From contig JADKKK010000003.1 of assembly GCA_016720545.1 (NCBI GenBank), positions 345,516 through 409,515 of the forward strand: a stretch of 64,000 nt of DNA. Reading direction: 5' to 3'. Below, in pieces: positions 41,066-50,533 of the stretch (its first letter is position 1; each line of letters opens with the position of its first letter). Made by a program: the position numbers and the translations under genes. The notes below the pieces were generated by a model, which did no database searches, had not been told where the DNA came from, and was given only the letters and a program-made list of their open reading frames with translations. Source of the stretch: Myxococcales bacterium (lineage in GTDB: Bacteria > Myxococcota_A > Polyangia > Polyangiales > Polyangiaceae).

Positions 41066-42199
41066 ATGAGGCAGCTCGTCCAGAAGGCCCGGCGCGTCGT
41101 GGTGAAGGTGGGCTCGCGCACGCTCGCGAGCGACCGCGAGGTGTTCGGGCGGCTCGCCGACGCCGTCGCCCGCGCCCAGGCCGGCGGGCGCTCGGTCGTG
41201 CTGGTGTCGAGCGGGGCCATCGCTCTCGGCGCGAAGAAGCTCGGCTACCCTACCCGCCCCAAGGAGATGGCCAAGCTGCAGGCGGCCGCCGCGGCGGGGC
41301 AGAGCCTGCTCATGCGCGCCTACGAGGAGGCCTTCGGCGCGCGCGGACTCGCGGTCGCCCAGGTGCTGCTCACCCACGCCGATCTCGCCGATCGCGCGCG
41401 GGTCAACAACGCACGCGCGGCGCTGTCCGCGCTGCTCGACGCGCGCGCGGTGCCCGTCCTGAACGAGAACGACTCGGTCTCGGTGGAGGAGATCAAGTTC
41501 GGCGACAACGACCAGCTCTCGGCGCTGGTCGCGCCCCTCGTCGACGCGGAGCTCCTCGTGCTCTTGTCCGACATCCCGGGGCTGCTCGACGCGGAGGGCG
41601 AGCGCGTGCCCGAGGTGCGCGACATCACGAACGAGGCGATGCGCCTCGTGCGGAGCGGGAAGAGCGCCGAGGGCACGGGCGGCATGGCGAGCAAGCTCGA
41701 GGCCGCGCGCCTCGCGACGCTCACGGGCGCGCAGGTGGTCATCGCCGACGCGCGCGCGCGCGACGTGCTCGATCGCGTGCTCGCGGGCGACGACGTGGGC
41801 ACGTGGTTCGTGGCGCCCGAGAAGCGCATCTCCGCGAAGCGCGCGTGGATCGCGTTCACTCTTCGGCCGCGCGGCGCGCTCGTGCTCGACCCTGGCGCCG
41901 CCCGGGCTGTCACCGAGAAAGGCAAGAGCGTGCTCAGCGTGGGTGTGCTGGGCGTGCGCGGCGACTTCCGCGCGGGCGACGCCGTGCGCCTCTTGTCGCA
42001 CGAGGGGGTGGAGCTCGGCCGCGGCCTGTCTCGGCTCGCGGTGGAGGCGGCCACCCGCGTCGCGGGCACCAAGGCGAGCGCGCCCGTCACGCCGAAGGCG
42101 GGCGGGGGCAAGGTCGCGTCGAAGCCCGACGATGACCGCGACGTGCTCGTGCACCGCGACGAGCTCGTGGTGTTCGCGAAGGCGAGCGCCGTCGGCTAG
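41066..42199 (+). CDS. proB: Glutamate 5-kinase (with PUA domain)
   Basis: VVVKVGSRTL, VLVSSGAIALG, ENDSVSVEEIKFGDND, PUA segment. No proA adjacent. Confidence 0.9.
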   Translation: MRQLVQKARRVVVKVGSRTLASDREVFGRLADAVARAQAGGRSVVLVSSGAIALGAKKLGYPTRPKEMAKLQAAAAAGQSLLMRAYEEAFGARGLAVAQVLLTHADLADRARVNNARAALSALLDARAVPVLNENDSVSVEEIKFGDNDQLSALVAPLVDAELLVLLSDIPGLLDAEGERVPEVRDITNEAMRLVRSGKSAEGTGGMASKLEAARLATLTGAQVVIADARARDVLDRVLAGDDVGTWFVAPEKRISAKRAWIAFTLRPRGALVLDPGAARAVTEKGKSVLSVGVLGVRGDFRAGDAVRLLSHEGVELGRGLSRLAVEAATRVAGTKASAPVTPKAGGGKVASKPDDDRDVLVHRDELVVFAKASAVG

Positions 42200-42500
42200 C
42201 TAGTCCCCTGGAGTCGTGGTTCGTATCAGAAGTCCGGTCTTCGGTGTCATGCCGAGGAGCGAGGGGGTGCCCCGTTTTCGGCGGCGGCGGGCCCGTCCTC
42301 AACTCGGACGTCGTTCCGCGCGGTGGAGGCGGCGCTTTGCGCTCAGGGGACAGTGGTTTCGGGTGTGACCGCGCGAGAACGCCGACCCTCGAACATGAGT
42401 ATCCTCCCACCGCCGCCGAAAACGGGACACCCCCTCGCGCCCTTGTGGCGAAAGGCCGAGCCGCGCGACTTCTGGAAGGGATCACGCTTCCAGGGGACTA
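42196..42500. repeat. ~300-bp imperfect palindromic element between proB and the protease gene. Outer arms TAGTCCCCTGGAG / CTTCCAGGGGACTA. Inner 29-bp arms GAGCGAGGGGGTGCCCCGTTTTCGGCGGCGG / CCGCCGCCGAAAACGGGACACCCCCTCGC.
   Basis: Seen directly. Starts with GCTAGCTAG at the proB stop codon. Confidence 0.65.
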
Positions 42501-42574
42501 GGTCTGACCTCATTTTGGCGTCCTCTCGCCCCGCCGCGACTCGCGCGCGGCGCGCGAGCTGCTACATCCCTGAA

Positions 42575-43447
42575 GTGAGCCCGCTTCGCTCGCTTGGGCC
42601 TTCGACGGTCGCGAAGATCCTGACCGCGGGGAGCCTGCTCGCGCTCACCGGGTGCGCGTACCCATTCTCGGCGCTCTCGCCATTCTCGCGCACGAACGCG
42701 CGCGTCCTCGAGGAGACCTCGCTCGGCGGCGTGAGCGCGGGCAACGCGCGACCCGGCGACGCCGTGGTGCGCGTGTGGATAGGACGCGGCACCTGCTCTG
42801 GCGTGCTCGTCGCGCCGCGCGTCGTGCTGACGGCGCGGCACTGCATCACCGAGACCACCGCGAGCCGCGAGGCGACCTCGCGGCCGAAGGTGCCCGGCGC
42901 GCTCCACGTCGAGCTCGGCGGCGACTACCTCCCGTGGGGGCGCGTCGCGGTCACCGGCGTCCACGTGTGCGAAGCTTCACCGAACGAAGAGCGCGATCTC
43001 GCCGCGCTGCTCCTCGACCGGCCCGTGCCCCCCGACGTGCCGCTCTTGGCCCTCGGGAGCCCCCGCGACGACGGGCGCTACGCGGTGCTCGGGTTCGGGT
43101 CCGACGTGTGGCCCAAGACCGTGGGCGGGATCACGGCGGAGGCCAAGCGGCGGCACGTCACGCGCGGGTCCGTAAAATCCACCAGCCCCGACACGGTTAC
43201 GGTGCACGCCGCGACGCTGCACGGCGACTCGGGCGGCGCGGTGGTCGACCTCGAGACGCGCGCGCTCGTCGCCGTGGTCTCGCGCGGCGACTACGCCGAG
43301 CGGGCGATGGACAACGTGCGCTACGGCGACATCACCGTGGGCGCGCGGGTCGACCGCTGCGAGCACGCGGTGCGCGCGGCGCTGGTCGCCGCGGAGCCCG
43401 CTGGGGCCGCCAGCCGCGCGCGGCGGGTGGCGACGGTCCGCGACTGA
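42575..43447 (+). CDS. Trypsin-like (S1) serine protease lipoprotein
   Basis: Lipobox LLALTGCA. Triad context TARHC (His), DLAALLL (Asp), GDSGGAVV (Ser). Confidence 0.8.
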   Translation: MSPLRSLGPSTVAKILTAGSLLALTGCAYPFSALSPFSRTNARVLEETSLGGVSAGNARPGDAVVRVWIGRGTCSGVLVAPRVVLTARHCITETTASREATSRPKVPGALHVELGGDYLPWGRVAVTGVHVCEASPNEERDLAALLLDRPVPPDVPLLALGSPRDDGRYAVLGFGSDVWPKTVGGITAEAKRRHVTRGSVKSTSPDTVTVHAATLHGDSGGAVVDLETRALVAVVSRGDYAERAMDNVRYGDITVGARVDRCEHAVRAALVAAEPAGAASRARRVATVRD

Positions 43448-43468
43448 GCGCGGTCAGGCGCGGGCGAA

Positions 43469-44686
43469 TTAGATGTAGTGCACCTTGATCGTCTCGACGA
43501 TGGTCTTCAGGGCGCGCTTGACCACGTCGGTGCTCGGATCGCGGACGATGACGTACCCGTCGCCCTCGTAGCCGTCGCTCTTCGGGGCCCCCTCCTTCGG
43601 GAGGTCGGCCTCGACGACGAGGCGCCCCACGGCGGCGTGTGTCTCCCGCACGCCCGAGACCCCCACCACGCGCCCGCGGCCCATGCCCCGGAGGAAGGCG
43701 CAGCCGACCGCGTACTTGCGGTGCCACGGGGCGTCGAGCTCGCCGTCCACCACGGCGCGCGCCCAGCCGCGGTACGGGTCGATGTCGTGCGCGAGGCCGG
43801 TCATGCGCGAGATGTTCGCGCCCGGCGGACGCTGCGCGATCTCGCCGATCGCGAGGGTGCCGTCGCCGCGCTGGAACCACTCCATGTGCGTGAACCCGTC
43901 GTCGAGGCCGAGCGCCTCGACCGCGGCGAAACCGAGCGTGCGCGCGCCGTCGTACTCGGGCCCCTCGATGTCGCGCGGCAAGAGACACGACCACTGGATC
44001 CACGGATTCTCCAGGACCTCGAGGCAGCTCGGCAGGTAGTGCGAGAGCGAGTACACGCGTGGCTTGCCCCCGAGCGTGATGGTCTCGAAGCTGAACTCGC
44101 GGCCGCGCAGGAACTCCTCGGCGAGCACGGGCTGCTCGGCGGACACGCGCAGCCCCGCGAGCGCGGCGGACAGCTCCTCGTTCGAGCCCACGCGGAACGT
44201 GGCCTTGGCGCCCATACCCGCCGGCGGCTTCAGCACGATGGGGAAGCCCACGTCGGCCGCGAACGCGCGGGCGTCTGCCTCGTTCGTGGCGAGCTTGTGC
44301 CGCGCGACGGGCAGGCCGGCGGCGCGGAGCGCGTCCTTCATGCGCGCCTTGTCGCGGAAGAGGTCGGCCGTGCGAGGCGAGGTGCCGGGCACGTTGAACG
44401 CCGCGCGCGCCTCGGCGAGCTGCACCATCAGCGCCTCCAGAATGCCCACGATGCGCGCCGGCTGACCGTGGCGACGCCGCAGCACCTCGACGGCCTCGAG
44501 CAGCTCGCGGCCCGAGAGCGGATCGGAGACCCGCACGAGGTCGTGGTAGAGGCGCGCGTCCGCGCCCTGCGGCGGCGTGTGCACGACGCCGAGCACCCGC
44601 ACGTCGTGCAGGCCGGCGACGGCGCGGAGGAAGCGCATGGTGGTCTCGGCCGGGAAGGGCGCGACGAAGACGATGTTGCGAGGCAT
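43469..44686 (-). CDS. ATP-grasp domain protein, carboxylate-amine / L-amino-acid-ligase-like
   Basis: FRDKARMKDAL, IVLKPPAGMGAKATF, EEFLRGREFSFETI, C-terminal extension. Intact 405 aa. Confidence 0.7.
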   Translation of the reverse strand: MPRNIVFVAPFPAETTMRFLRAVAGLHDVRVLGVVHTPPQGADARLYHDLVRVSDPLSGRELLEAVEVLRRRHGQPARIVGILEALMVQLAEARAAFNVPGTSPRTADLFRDKARMKDALRAAGLPVARHKLATNEADARAFAADVGFPIVLKPPAGMGAKATFRVGSNEELSAALAGLRVSAEQPVLAEEFLRGREFSFETITLGGKPRVYSLSHYLPSCLEVLENPWIQWSCLLPRDIEGPEYDGARTLGFAAVEALGLDDGFTHMEWFQRGDGTLAIGEIAQRPPGANISRMTGLAHDIDPYRGWARAVVDGELDAPWHRKYAVGCAFLRGMGRGRVVGVSGVRETHAAVGRLVVEADLPKEGAPKSDGYEGDGYVIVRDPSTDVVKRALKTIVETIKVHYI

Positions 44687-44874
44687 GGCGCGCAGGGTGG
44701 TCCGCCGAGGGCCGCGGCGTCAACCGCCTCCGTGCGAGGCGGCCCCGCCGTCCGCCGCGCCGGCGCTCCGGGCGCAGAGCTCGCGCGAGTCGCGGTCTCG
44801 GACACGCAGAGGTTGCGTGGCGGTCTGCCTCATCGGCCGGCCCCGCGCGACCGCGGCCGTGGTACATCCTCCGG

Positions 44875-46092
44875 ATGCGCGTCGTCTTCCTTGCGCCCCT
44901 CTATCCGCCGGAGATGCAGCAGTACACGCGCGGGCTCGCCGAGGTGGGCGCCGAGGTGTACGGCGTCGCCGACACCCCGCGCGAGGCCGTGCCGCCTTCG
45001 CTGCGTCCCTACCTGCGCGACTACCTCCAGGTGCCTCGCATCATGGACGAGGACGACGTCATCGCGCGCGTGTCGCGGTGGCTCCGCGGGAAATCGATCG
45101 ATCGCGTCGTGACCAACTGGGAGCCCCTCGTCGTCACCGCGGCGCGGCTCCGCGAACGCTGGGGAATGCCCGGCATGAGCGTCGACACCGCGCGCGGGTT
45201 CCGCGACAAGCAGCTCATGAAGGACCGTGTCCGCGCGGCGGGCCTCCGCGTGCCGCGGTCGCGGCGCGTGCGTGGGGAGCGCGAGATCCGCGCCGCCGCG
45301 GAGGAGATAGGCTATCCGCTCATCGTCAAGCCGATCGACGGCGCCGGCAGCGCCAACACCTACAAAGCGACGACCGACAAGGAGCTAGACGACCTCATCC
45401 CGCGCATGCGCGGCGTGCCCGAGTGCATCTGCGAGGAGTTCATCGAAGGCGAGGAGTTCACCTTCGACACCGTCTGCATCGAGGGGCGCCCCGCGTTCGA
45501 GAACATCGCGGCCTATCTCCCCAAGCCGCTCGAGATGCGCACGGTCGAGTGGATAAGCCCGGTCATCATCACCGTGAAAGACATGTACCAGCCGCGCCTC
45601 CGCGGGGGCGTCACGCTCGGCCGCAAGGTGCTCGGCGCGCTCGGCATGGACGACGGCTTCACGCACATGGAGTGGTACCTCACCTCGAAGGGCGAGGCGG
45701 TGTTCGGCGAAATCGGGTGTCGCCCAGGCGGCGCGTGCCTCGTCGACCAGATGAACTACACGTGCGACATCGACCTGTTTCGCGAGTGGGCGCGCGTGGT
45801 CTGCTACGGGCGCTTCGAGGCGAGCACCAAGCGCAAGTACAACGCGGGCATCGTGTTCAAGCGCGCGCTCGGCGAGGGGCGTATCACGCGCATCGAGGGG
45901 CTCGACGCGTGGCTTCGCGCGTGCGGCGACTGGGTGACCGACGAGCAGCTGCTCCGGCCCGGCACCCCCCGTCGAAACTGGAAGAACACCTTGCTGTCGG
46001 ACGGGTGGGTGCATGTGCGCCATCCCGACTGGGCCGAGGCGCACCGCATGGCCTTCGCGGCGGCCTCCGGCATTAAAATGTTCGCGGAGTAG
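44875..46092 (+). CDS. ATP-grasp domain protein, paralog of 43469..44686, divergently transcribed
   Basis: FRDKQLMKDRV, LIVKPIDGAGSANTY, EEFIEGEEFTFDTV. Same N-terminal pre-domain layout (MRVVFLAPLYPPE.. vs MPRNIVFVAPFPAE..). Confidence 0.7.
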   Translation: MRVVFLAPLYPPEMQQYTRGLAEVGAEVYGVADTPREAVPPSLRPYLRDYLQVPRIMDEDDVIARVSRWLRGKSIDRVVTNWEPLVVTAARLRERWGMPGMSVDTARGFRDKQLMKDRVRAAGLRVPRSRRVRGEREIRAAAEEIGYPLIVKPIDGAGSANTYKATTDKELDDLIPRMRGVPECICEEFIEGEEFTFDTVCIEGRPAFENIAAYLPKPLEMRTVEWISPVIITVKDMYQPRLRGGVTLGRKVLGALGMDDGFTHMEWYLTSKGEAVFGEIGCRPGGACLVDQMNYTCDIDLFREWARVVCYGRFEASTKRKYNAGIVFKRALGEGRITRIEGLDAWLRACGDWVTDEQLLRPGTPRRNWKNTLLSDGWVHVRHPDWAEAHRMAFAAASGIKMFAE

Positions 46093-46151
46093 CCGCGCTG
46101 CGCTCGGGGGGGAACGCGGGGCGGCCGGTACCGCGCTCCCCGCCGGGTCGC

Positions 46152-47093
46152 TCAGAAGTGCTCCATCCACTTCCACATGGGCACTCGGTACACGTCGCGC
46201 AGATCGTGCTTGTAGGGGCTCGTCGCCGTGTCTTCGCACCAGAGCACGGGCGCGGCGCCGGGGCAGCCGTCGTAGGCGACACAGCCCTTCGCGTCGAGCC
46301 CCCACTGCGTGACGGGCTTCGAGGCCTTGGAGCACCCGTTGATGGCGATCCATTTGTCGCGCGCCGCGACGCCGTTCGCCACCGGCTCGTCGTCGTCCTC
46401 GCGGCGGTGATAGACGAGGGCGGACGTCTTGCCGCACCCGCTCTCCTTGTCCGCGAAGCCGCCGTCGGCGGCGACGATCGCGCGCACCGCCGACGAACGC
46501 CTGCAGCCCAGGTGGTTCGTCATGTACGCGCCGTAGCTGAAGCCGAGCGCGAACACCCGCTGCGGGTTCACGCACAGCGTGGCGCCCAGGCTCTTCTGCA
46601 TAGCGTCGAAGAAGAGCAGGTCTTGCTCGCCCTCGATGTCCCAACGCCCGCCCGCGCCGTCGGGGAACACGACGATGGCGTTGCCCGCGGAGTAGTCTTG
46701 CATCTTTACGAACTGGGACATCTGCGTGCCGTTGGCGCCGATCCCGTGGAACACGAAGACCACGGGGTAGGCGCGCGATGGGTCGTACCCGGCGGGCACG
46801 TAGAGCACGTACGAGCGCTTCGCCGCGCCCACGTCGACGGTCTTCTTGTCGCCGGCGGCTGGGCTCGGCTTCGCCGCCACACCACACCCGGGCGTCGTGG
46901 TGGGTAAGCCGCTCCCGCCGTCGTCGCCGGGCGCGGTGCCCGTGCCGGTCGCGGTGGCCGTGGCGGTGGCCGTGGCGGTGGGCGCGTCGGCCCCCTGCGC
47001 GCCGCCGTCGCCGGACGCGCCAGGGTCGTCACCGCCGCAGCGTATCAGGAAGGGTGCGAGCGCCCCCAAGAGCGCGAGCCGTGCGAACCTCAT
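46152..47093 (-). CDS. Secreted esterase lipoprotein, PHB-depolymerase/LpqC-like alpha/beta hydrolase
   Basis: Signal plus Cys, (TA)n/(TG)n linker, VVFVFHGIGANG, GFSYGAYM (GxSxG). Confidence 0.7.
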   Translation of the reverse strand: MRFARLALLGALAPFLIRCGGDDPGASGDGGAQGADAPTATATATATATGTGTAPGDDGGSGLPTTTPGCGVAAKPSPAAGDKKTVDVGAAKRSYVLYVPAGYDPSRAYPVVFVFHGIGANGTQMSQFVKMQDYSAGNAIVVFPDGAGGRWDIEGEQDLLFFDAMQKSLGATLCVNPQRVFALGFSYGAYMTNHLGCRRSSAVRAIVAADGGFADKESGCGKTSALVYHRREDDDEPVANGVAARDKWIAINGCSKASKPVTQWGLDAKGCVAYDGCPGAAPVLWCEDTATSPYKHDLRDVYRVPMWKWMEHF

Positions 47094-47371
47094 CCCTCGA
47101 CTCTCCCAGGCTTCGGGCGGATCGTCGAGCAGAGAGAGCGCACGACCTCACGTGGAGGCGCATGACGCCATCCCCCCCGCAGCCCCCGCAGCCCGAACCC
47201 GGGGCGGCGCGCGAGCCGCGCGGGCAACATGTTAGTGCAACATACACACAACGCGGCCCCGAAGGCGCCGCGCGCTCGCGCACGGGAAGCGTCCGAGGTC
47301 ACGCGGCTACGCCTCCAGGGTGTCCCTCGCCAGCCACGCGAGGGCGGCGGCGAGGCGCGCCGATCCGACGC

Positions 47372-47626
47372 CTACTTGACGAGGCGATCGACCAACGCGA
47401 CGTACGCCGTCATGGCGCTGTCCTTCGAGGTGCCCTTCTTGGCCGCCCATGCGTCGAACTTCGCGCGCCCCTTGAAGTCCATCATGCCGGGGCGCGAGCC
47501 CGTCACGTCGCCCGCCGAGGCCTGCTTGTAGAGCGCATAGAGCTCAAGCAGTTGGTCGTTCGAGGGGGCCTGAGTGAGGGTCTTCACGCGGGCCTGGGCG
47601 TCTTGGAAGGAGGCAGCGAGATCCAT
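47372..47626 (-). CDS. Acyl-CoA-binding protein
   Basis: LLELYALYKQASAGD...KFDAW...KG (ACBP signature). Confidence 0.85.
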   Translation of the reverse strand: MDLAASFQDAQARVKTLTQAPSNDQLLELYALYKQASAGDVTGSRPGMMDFKGRAKFDAWAAKKGTSKDSAMTAYVALVDRLVK

Positions 47627-47709
47627 TGCGCGGGAGCCTATCAGGATCCCGCGCGGCGCGGTGGGAGCGGTGCCCGGCGCCTAAATAGGTCGCCTTTCCG
47701 ACGCTGGGC

Positions 47710-49176
47710 CTACTCGCTCGGCGGCTGGATGCTGCGGTAGATGCGCTCGTAGCTCGCGACGCGTTCGGCCCACCCGAAGCGGAGCCGCATGCCGTTCTGT
47801 TGGAGCCTCCGCCAGCGCGCGCGGTCCTCACCGCGGCCGGTGCCCCAGGTGCGGAGCGCCTGGTCGACGCCGTACGCGAAGCCGGGCTCATCGAAGTGAT
47901 CGAACACGAAGCCGTTGCCCTCGCCGCTGCGTCGGTCGAAGGCCGTGACCGTGTCGGCGAGGCCGCCCGTGCGATGCACGACGGGCGGGGTGCCGTAGCG
48001 CAGGCTGTACATCTGGTTCAGACCGCAGGGCTCGTAGCGCGAGGGCATGAGGAAGCAGTCGGAGCCGGCCTCCACTTTGTGCGCGATAGGCTCGCTGAAC
48101 GCCGCGCGATAGGCCACCTGGTTCGGGAACCGGCGGGAGAGACCGCGAAAAAACTCCTCGTATTTCGGCTCACCGGTGCCGAGCACCACGAGCTGCACGG
48201 GGCGACGCGCCAGCACGCGAGGCAGCACGCCGAAGCAGAGGTCGAAGCCCTTCTGCCAGGCGAGGCGCGACACGATGCCGAACACGAGGACGTGCGCGTG
48301 GTACCTGAGCCCCGCGGAGCGCACGAGGTCGCGCTTGCACACCTCCTTGCCCTCGAGCGAGTCGATCGCGTAGCGCTGGGCGAGGTGCGGATCGGTCTCG
48401 GGGCTCCAGTCGTTCTCGTCGACGCCGTTCAGGATGCCGAACAGCACGTTTTCGCGCTCACGCAGGAAGGCGTCGAGCCCGGCGCCGTGCTCCGGTCGCT
48501 GGATCTCCTTCGCGTACGTGGGGCTCACCGTGGTGAGCGCGTTCGCGTAGAGAATGCCCGTGAGCAGGAAGTTGATGCGCCCCTCGCGGAGCTGGTCTTG
48601 GTGGAAGTGGTGGGCGGCCGCGCCGAGGCCCGTCTCCCCCAAGATGCGCGCGTCGAAGGAGCCCTGGTGGCCGATGTTGTGAATCGTGAGCACGCAGCGG
48701 GTGCGCTCGAAGAGGCGATCCCACGCGAACGCGGTCTTCAGGAGCAACGGCAAGAGGGCCGTCTGCCAGTCGTTCGCGTGGACGATGTCGGGCGCGAACC
48801 CGAGGCGCTGGCAGAGCAGCAGCGACGCCCACGACAAGACGATGAAGCGAAGGTGCTCGTCGGCGTCTTGGGTGTAGATCGAGGGGCGGTCGTAGAGCCC
48901 CGGACAACGCACGAAGTAGACGGGCGCGCGGGTCCCCGGGAACACGCCCTCGAGGATCGACACGATCACCCGCGTGCCGCCGAGCTCGATCGAGAGCTCG
49001 CTCACGGCGGTCGTGAGGTCGGGCGCGTGCGCGTGCACTCGCGGGTAAAGCGGCATCACGACGCGTACGTCGTGACCACGCTCCGCGAGCCGCTGCGGCA
49101 GCGCGCCGGCCACGTCGCCGAGGCCCCCGGTCTTCGCGAAGGGGGCGACCTCCGAGGCGACGAAGAGCACCCTCAC
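47710..49176 (-). CDS. glgA: Glycogen synthase (GT5)
   Basis: GTG start VRVLFVASEVAPFAKTGGLGDV, HANDWQTAL, SRYEPCGL. Confidence 0.9.
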   Translation of the reverse strand: MRVLFVASEVAPFAKTGGLGDVAGALPQRLAERGHDVRVVMPLYPRVHAHAPDLTTAVSELSIELGGTRVIVSILEGVFPGTRAPVYFVRCPGLYDRPSIYTQDADEHLRFIVLSWASLLLCQRLGFAPDIVHANDWQTALLPLLLKTAFAWDRLFERTRCVLTIHNIGHQGSFDARILGETGLGAAAHHFHQDQLREGRINFLLTGILYANALTTVSPTYAKEIQRPEHGAGLDAFLRERENVLFGILNGVDENDWSPETDPHLAQRYAIDSLEGKEVCKRDLVRSAGLRYHAHVLVFGIVSRLAWQKGFDLCFGVLPRVLARRPVQLVVLGTGEPKYEEFFRGLSRRFPNQVAYRAAFSEPIAHKVEAGSDCFLMPSRYEPCGLNQMYSLRYGTPPVVHRTGGLADTVTAFDRRSGEGNGFVFDHFDEPGFAYGVDQALRTWGTGRGEDRARWRRLQQNGMRLRFGWAERVASYERIYRSIQPPSE

Positions 49177-49365
49177 GAGCGAGGGTCCCAGGTGGGAGCG
49201 GGGGCGCCGCGCGAGGCGGCGGGACGCGGTACGGGAGACGAAGGCGAGACGGAGTGGGCACACGCGCGCGGGGCGCGGGCGAGAGAGGAGGCGTCGCTCA
49301 TGGGCGGCCGGAGCATCGCACAGAGTCGCGCCCCCTCTCACCGAAACCCGCAGTAAGCGCGCCGA

Positions 49366-49841
49366 TCAGGGCTTCCTTTTCGGCGCGGCGGCCTTCTTCT
49401 TCGGCGCGGCCTTCTTCGGCGCGGCGGCCTTCTTCGGCGCGGCGGCCTTCTTCGGCGCGGCGGCCTTCTTCGGCGCGGCCGCCGGCGCGGCTTGCTCCCA
49501 TATGCCGAGCGCCGCGCCCGAGGGATCGAGGAAGACGCCGAGCGCCCCCATGTTGGGGATGGGCTGGTACTCGACCAGGATCGTGGCGCCGCGCTTCTTC
49601 GCCTTCGCGATGGTCTTCTTCACGCTGTCGACCTGCACGTATGGCAACCACTGCTTCGGCGCGCCGGGCGTCGGGTTCGGGCCCATACCGCCCCCAGCCC
49701 CGGGGCCGTTGCCGACGCCGAGCATGGTGTAGCCCGGCATAGGCGACGTGAACTCCCACGCGAAGAGGCCCTTGTAGAACTTCTTCGAGGCTGCGAGGTC
49801 GGAGGTGTTGAGCTCGATGTGAACGAATGCATTCGGCATGG
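49366..49841 (-). CDS. VOC (glyoxalase/bleomycin-resistance fold) protein fused to a Lys/Ala/Pro-rich histone-H1-like tail: (AAPKKA)n
   Basis: MPNAFVHIELNTSDLAASKKFYKGLFAWEF... then PKKAAAPKKAAAPKKAAAPKKAAPKKKAAAPKRKP. Encoded by a 21-bp DNA repeat x4. RBS GGAG upstream. Confidence 0.7.
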
Positions 49842-49914
49842 TGTCTCCCCTTCCAAAAATGGACCCCGAAACGTACGCAAGACCCGACCGGCCGTCCATG
49901 GTGGCCTCGCGCGG

Positions 49915-50445
49915 CGCGGCGCGGGAGCGCCCGGCGTGCGATGGCGGCCACCGTTCATGGACGACACCTCGCCTTGGGCTCGGGGCGTGTCTCCACGGTC
50001 TCCACGAGGTCACCGCGCGAACGCCGATCGCCGAGCTCAGCAATCACGAGCACCTTCGTGAATGACTAGCGCTACTGCGAGACTTCGCACGAAGCGCGCC
50101 AAGTCGATCCACGCGCCGATCACGCTTGGCTTACGAGGGAGAACCATTCGAGTGTTCGAAGTCCGTACACGGGATGTTCGGAAGCGGTACGTACGCGCGC
50201 TCTCCGTTCAGGGGTGTGGCGTGGAAAGACCAGCTCGTCATGCAGCGGAGCTCGCCCCTCCGGCTTGCGAGCGCGAGTCGCGCCGGATCGCTCTTGCTCG
50301 CACGGCGCCGATGTCTGGGGTCCCCGAGCGACGAGGGGGCGGACGGAACGCGGCCATCGAGCGCGGCGCGGGAGCGCCCGGCGTGCGATGGCGGCCACCG
50401 GGCGTGTCTCCAGGAGGTCACCGCGCGCGCGAACCCCGGGCCCCA
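49915..50445. repeat. Two direct repeats (about 110 bp at 49915-50030, about 90 bp at 50358-50445) sharing a 39-bp identical core GCGCGGGAGCGCCCGGCGTGCGATGGCGGCCACCG plus GGGCGTGTCTCCA..AGGTCACCGCGCG. They sit in a 690-bp divergent intergenic region.
   Basis: Seen directly. Confidence 0.7.
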
Positions 50446-50533
50446 AGACTCGACAATACCCTGTCACATCAAACACTTGCGGAGCCTCACGCGCGCGCCG
50501 TTCGCCTGGCACTCGCCGTGCTCATGGAGGCGC

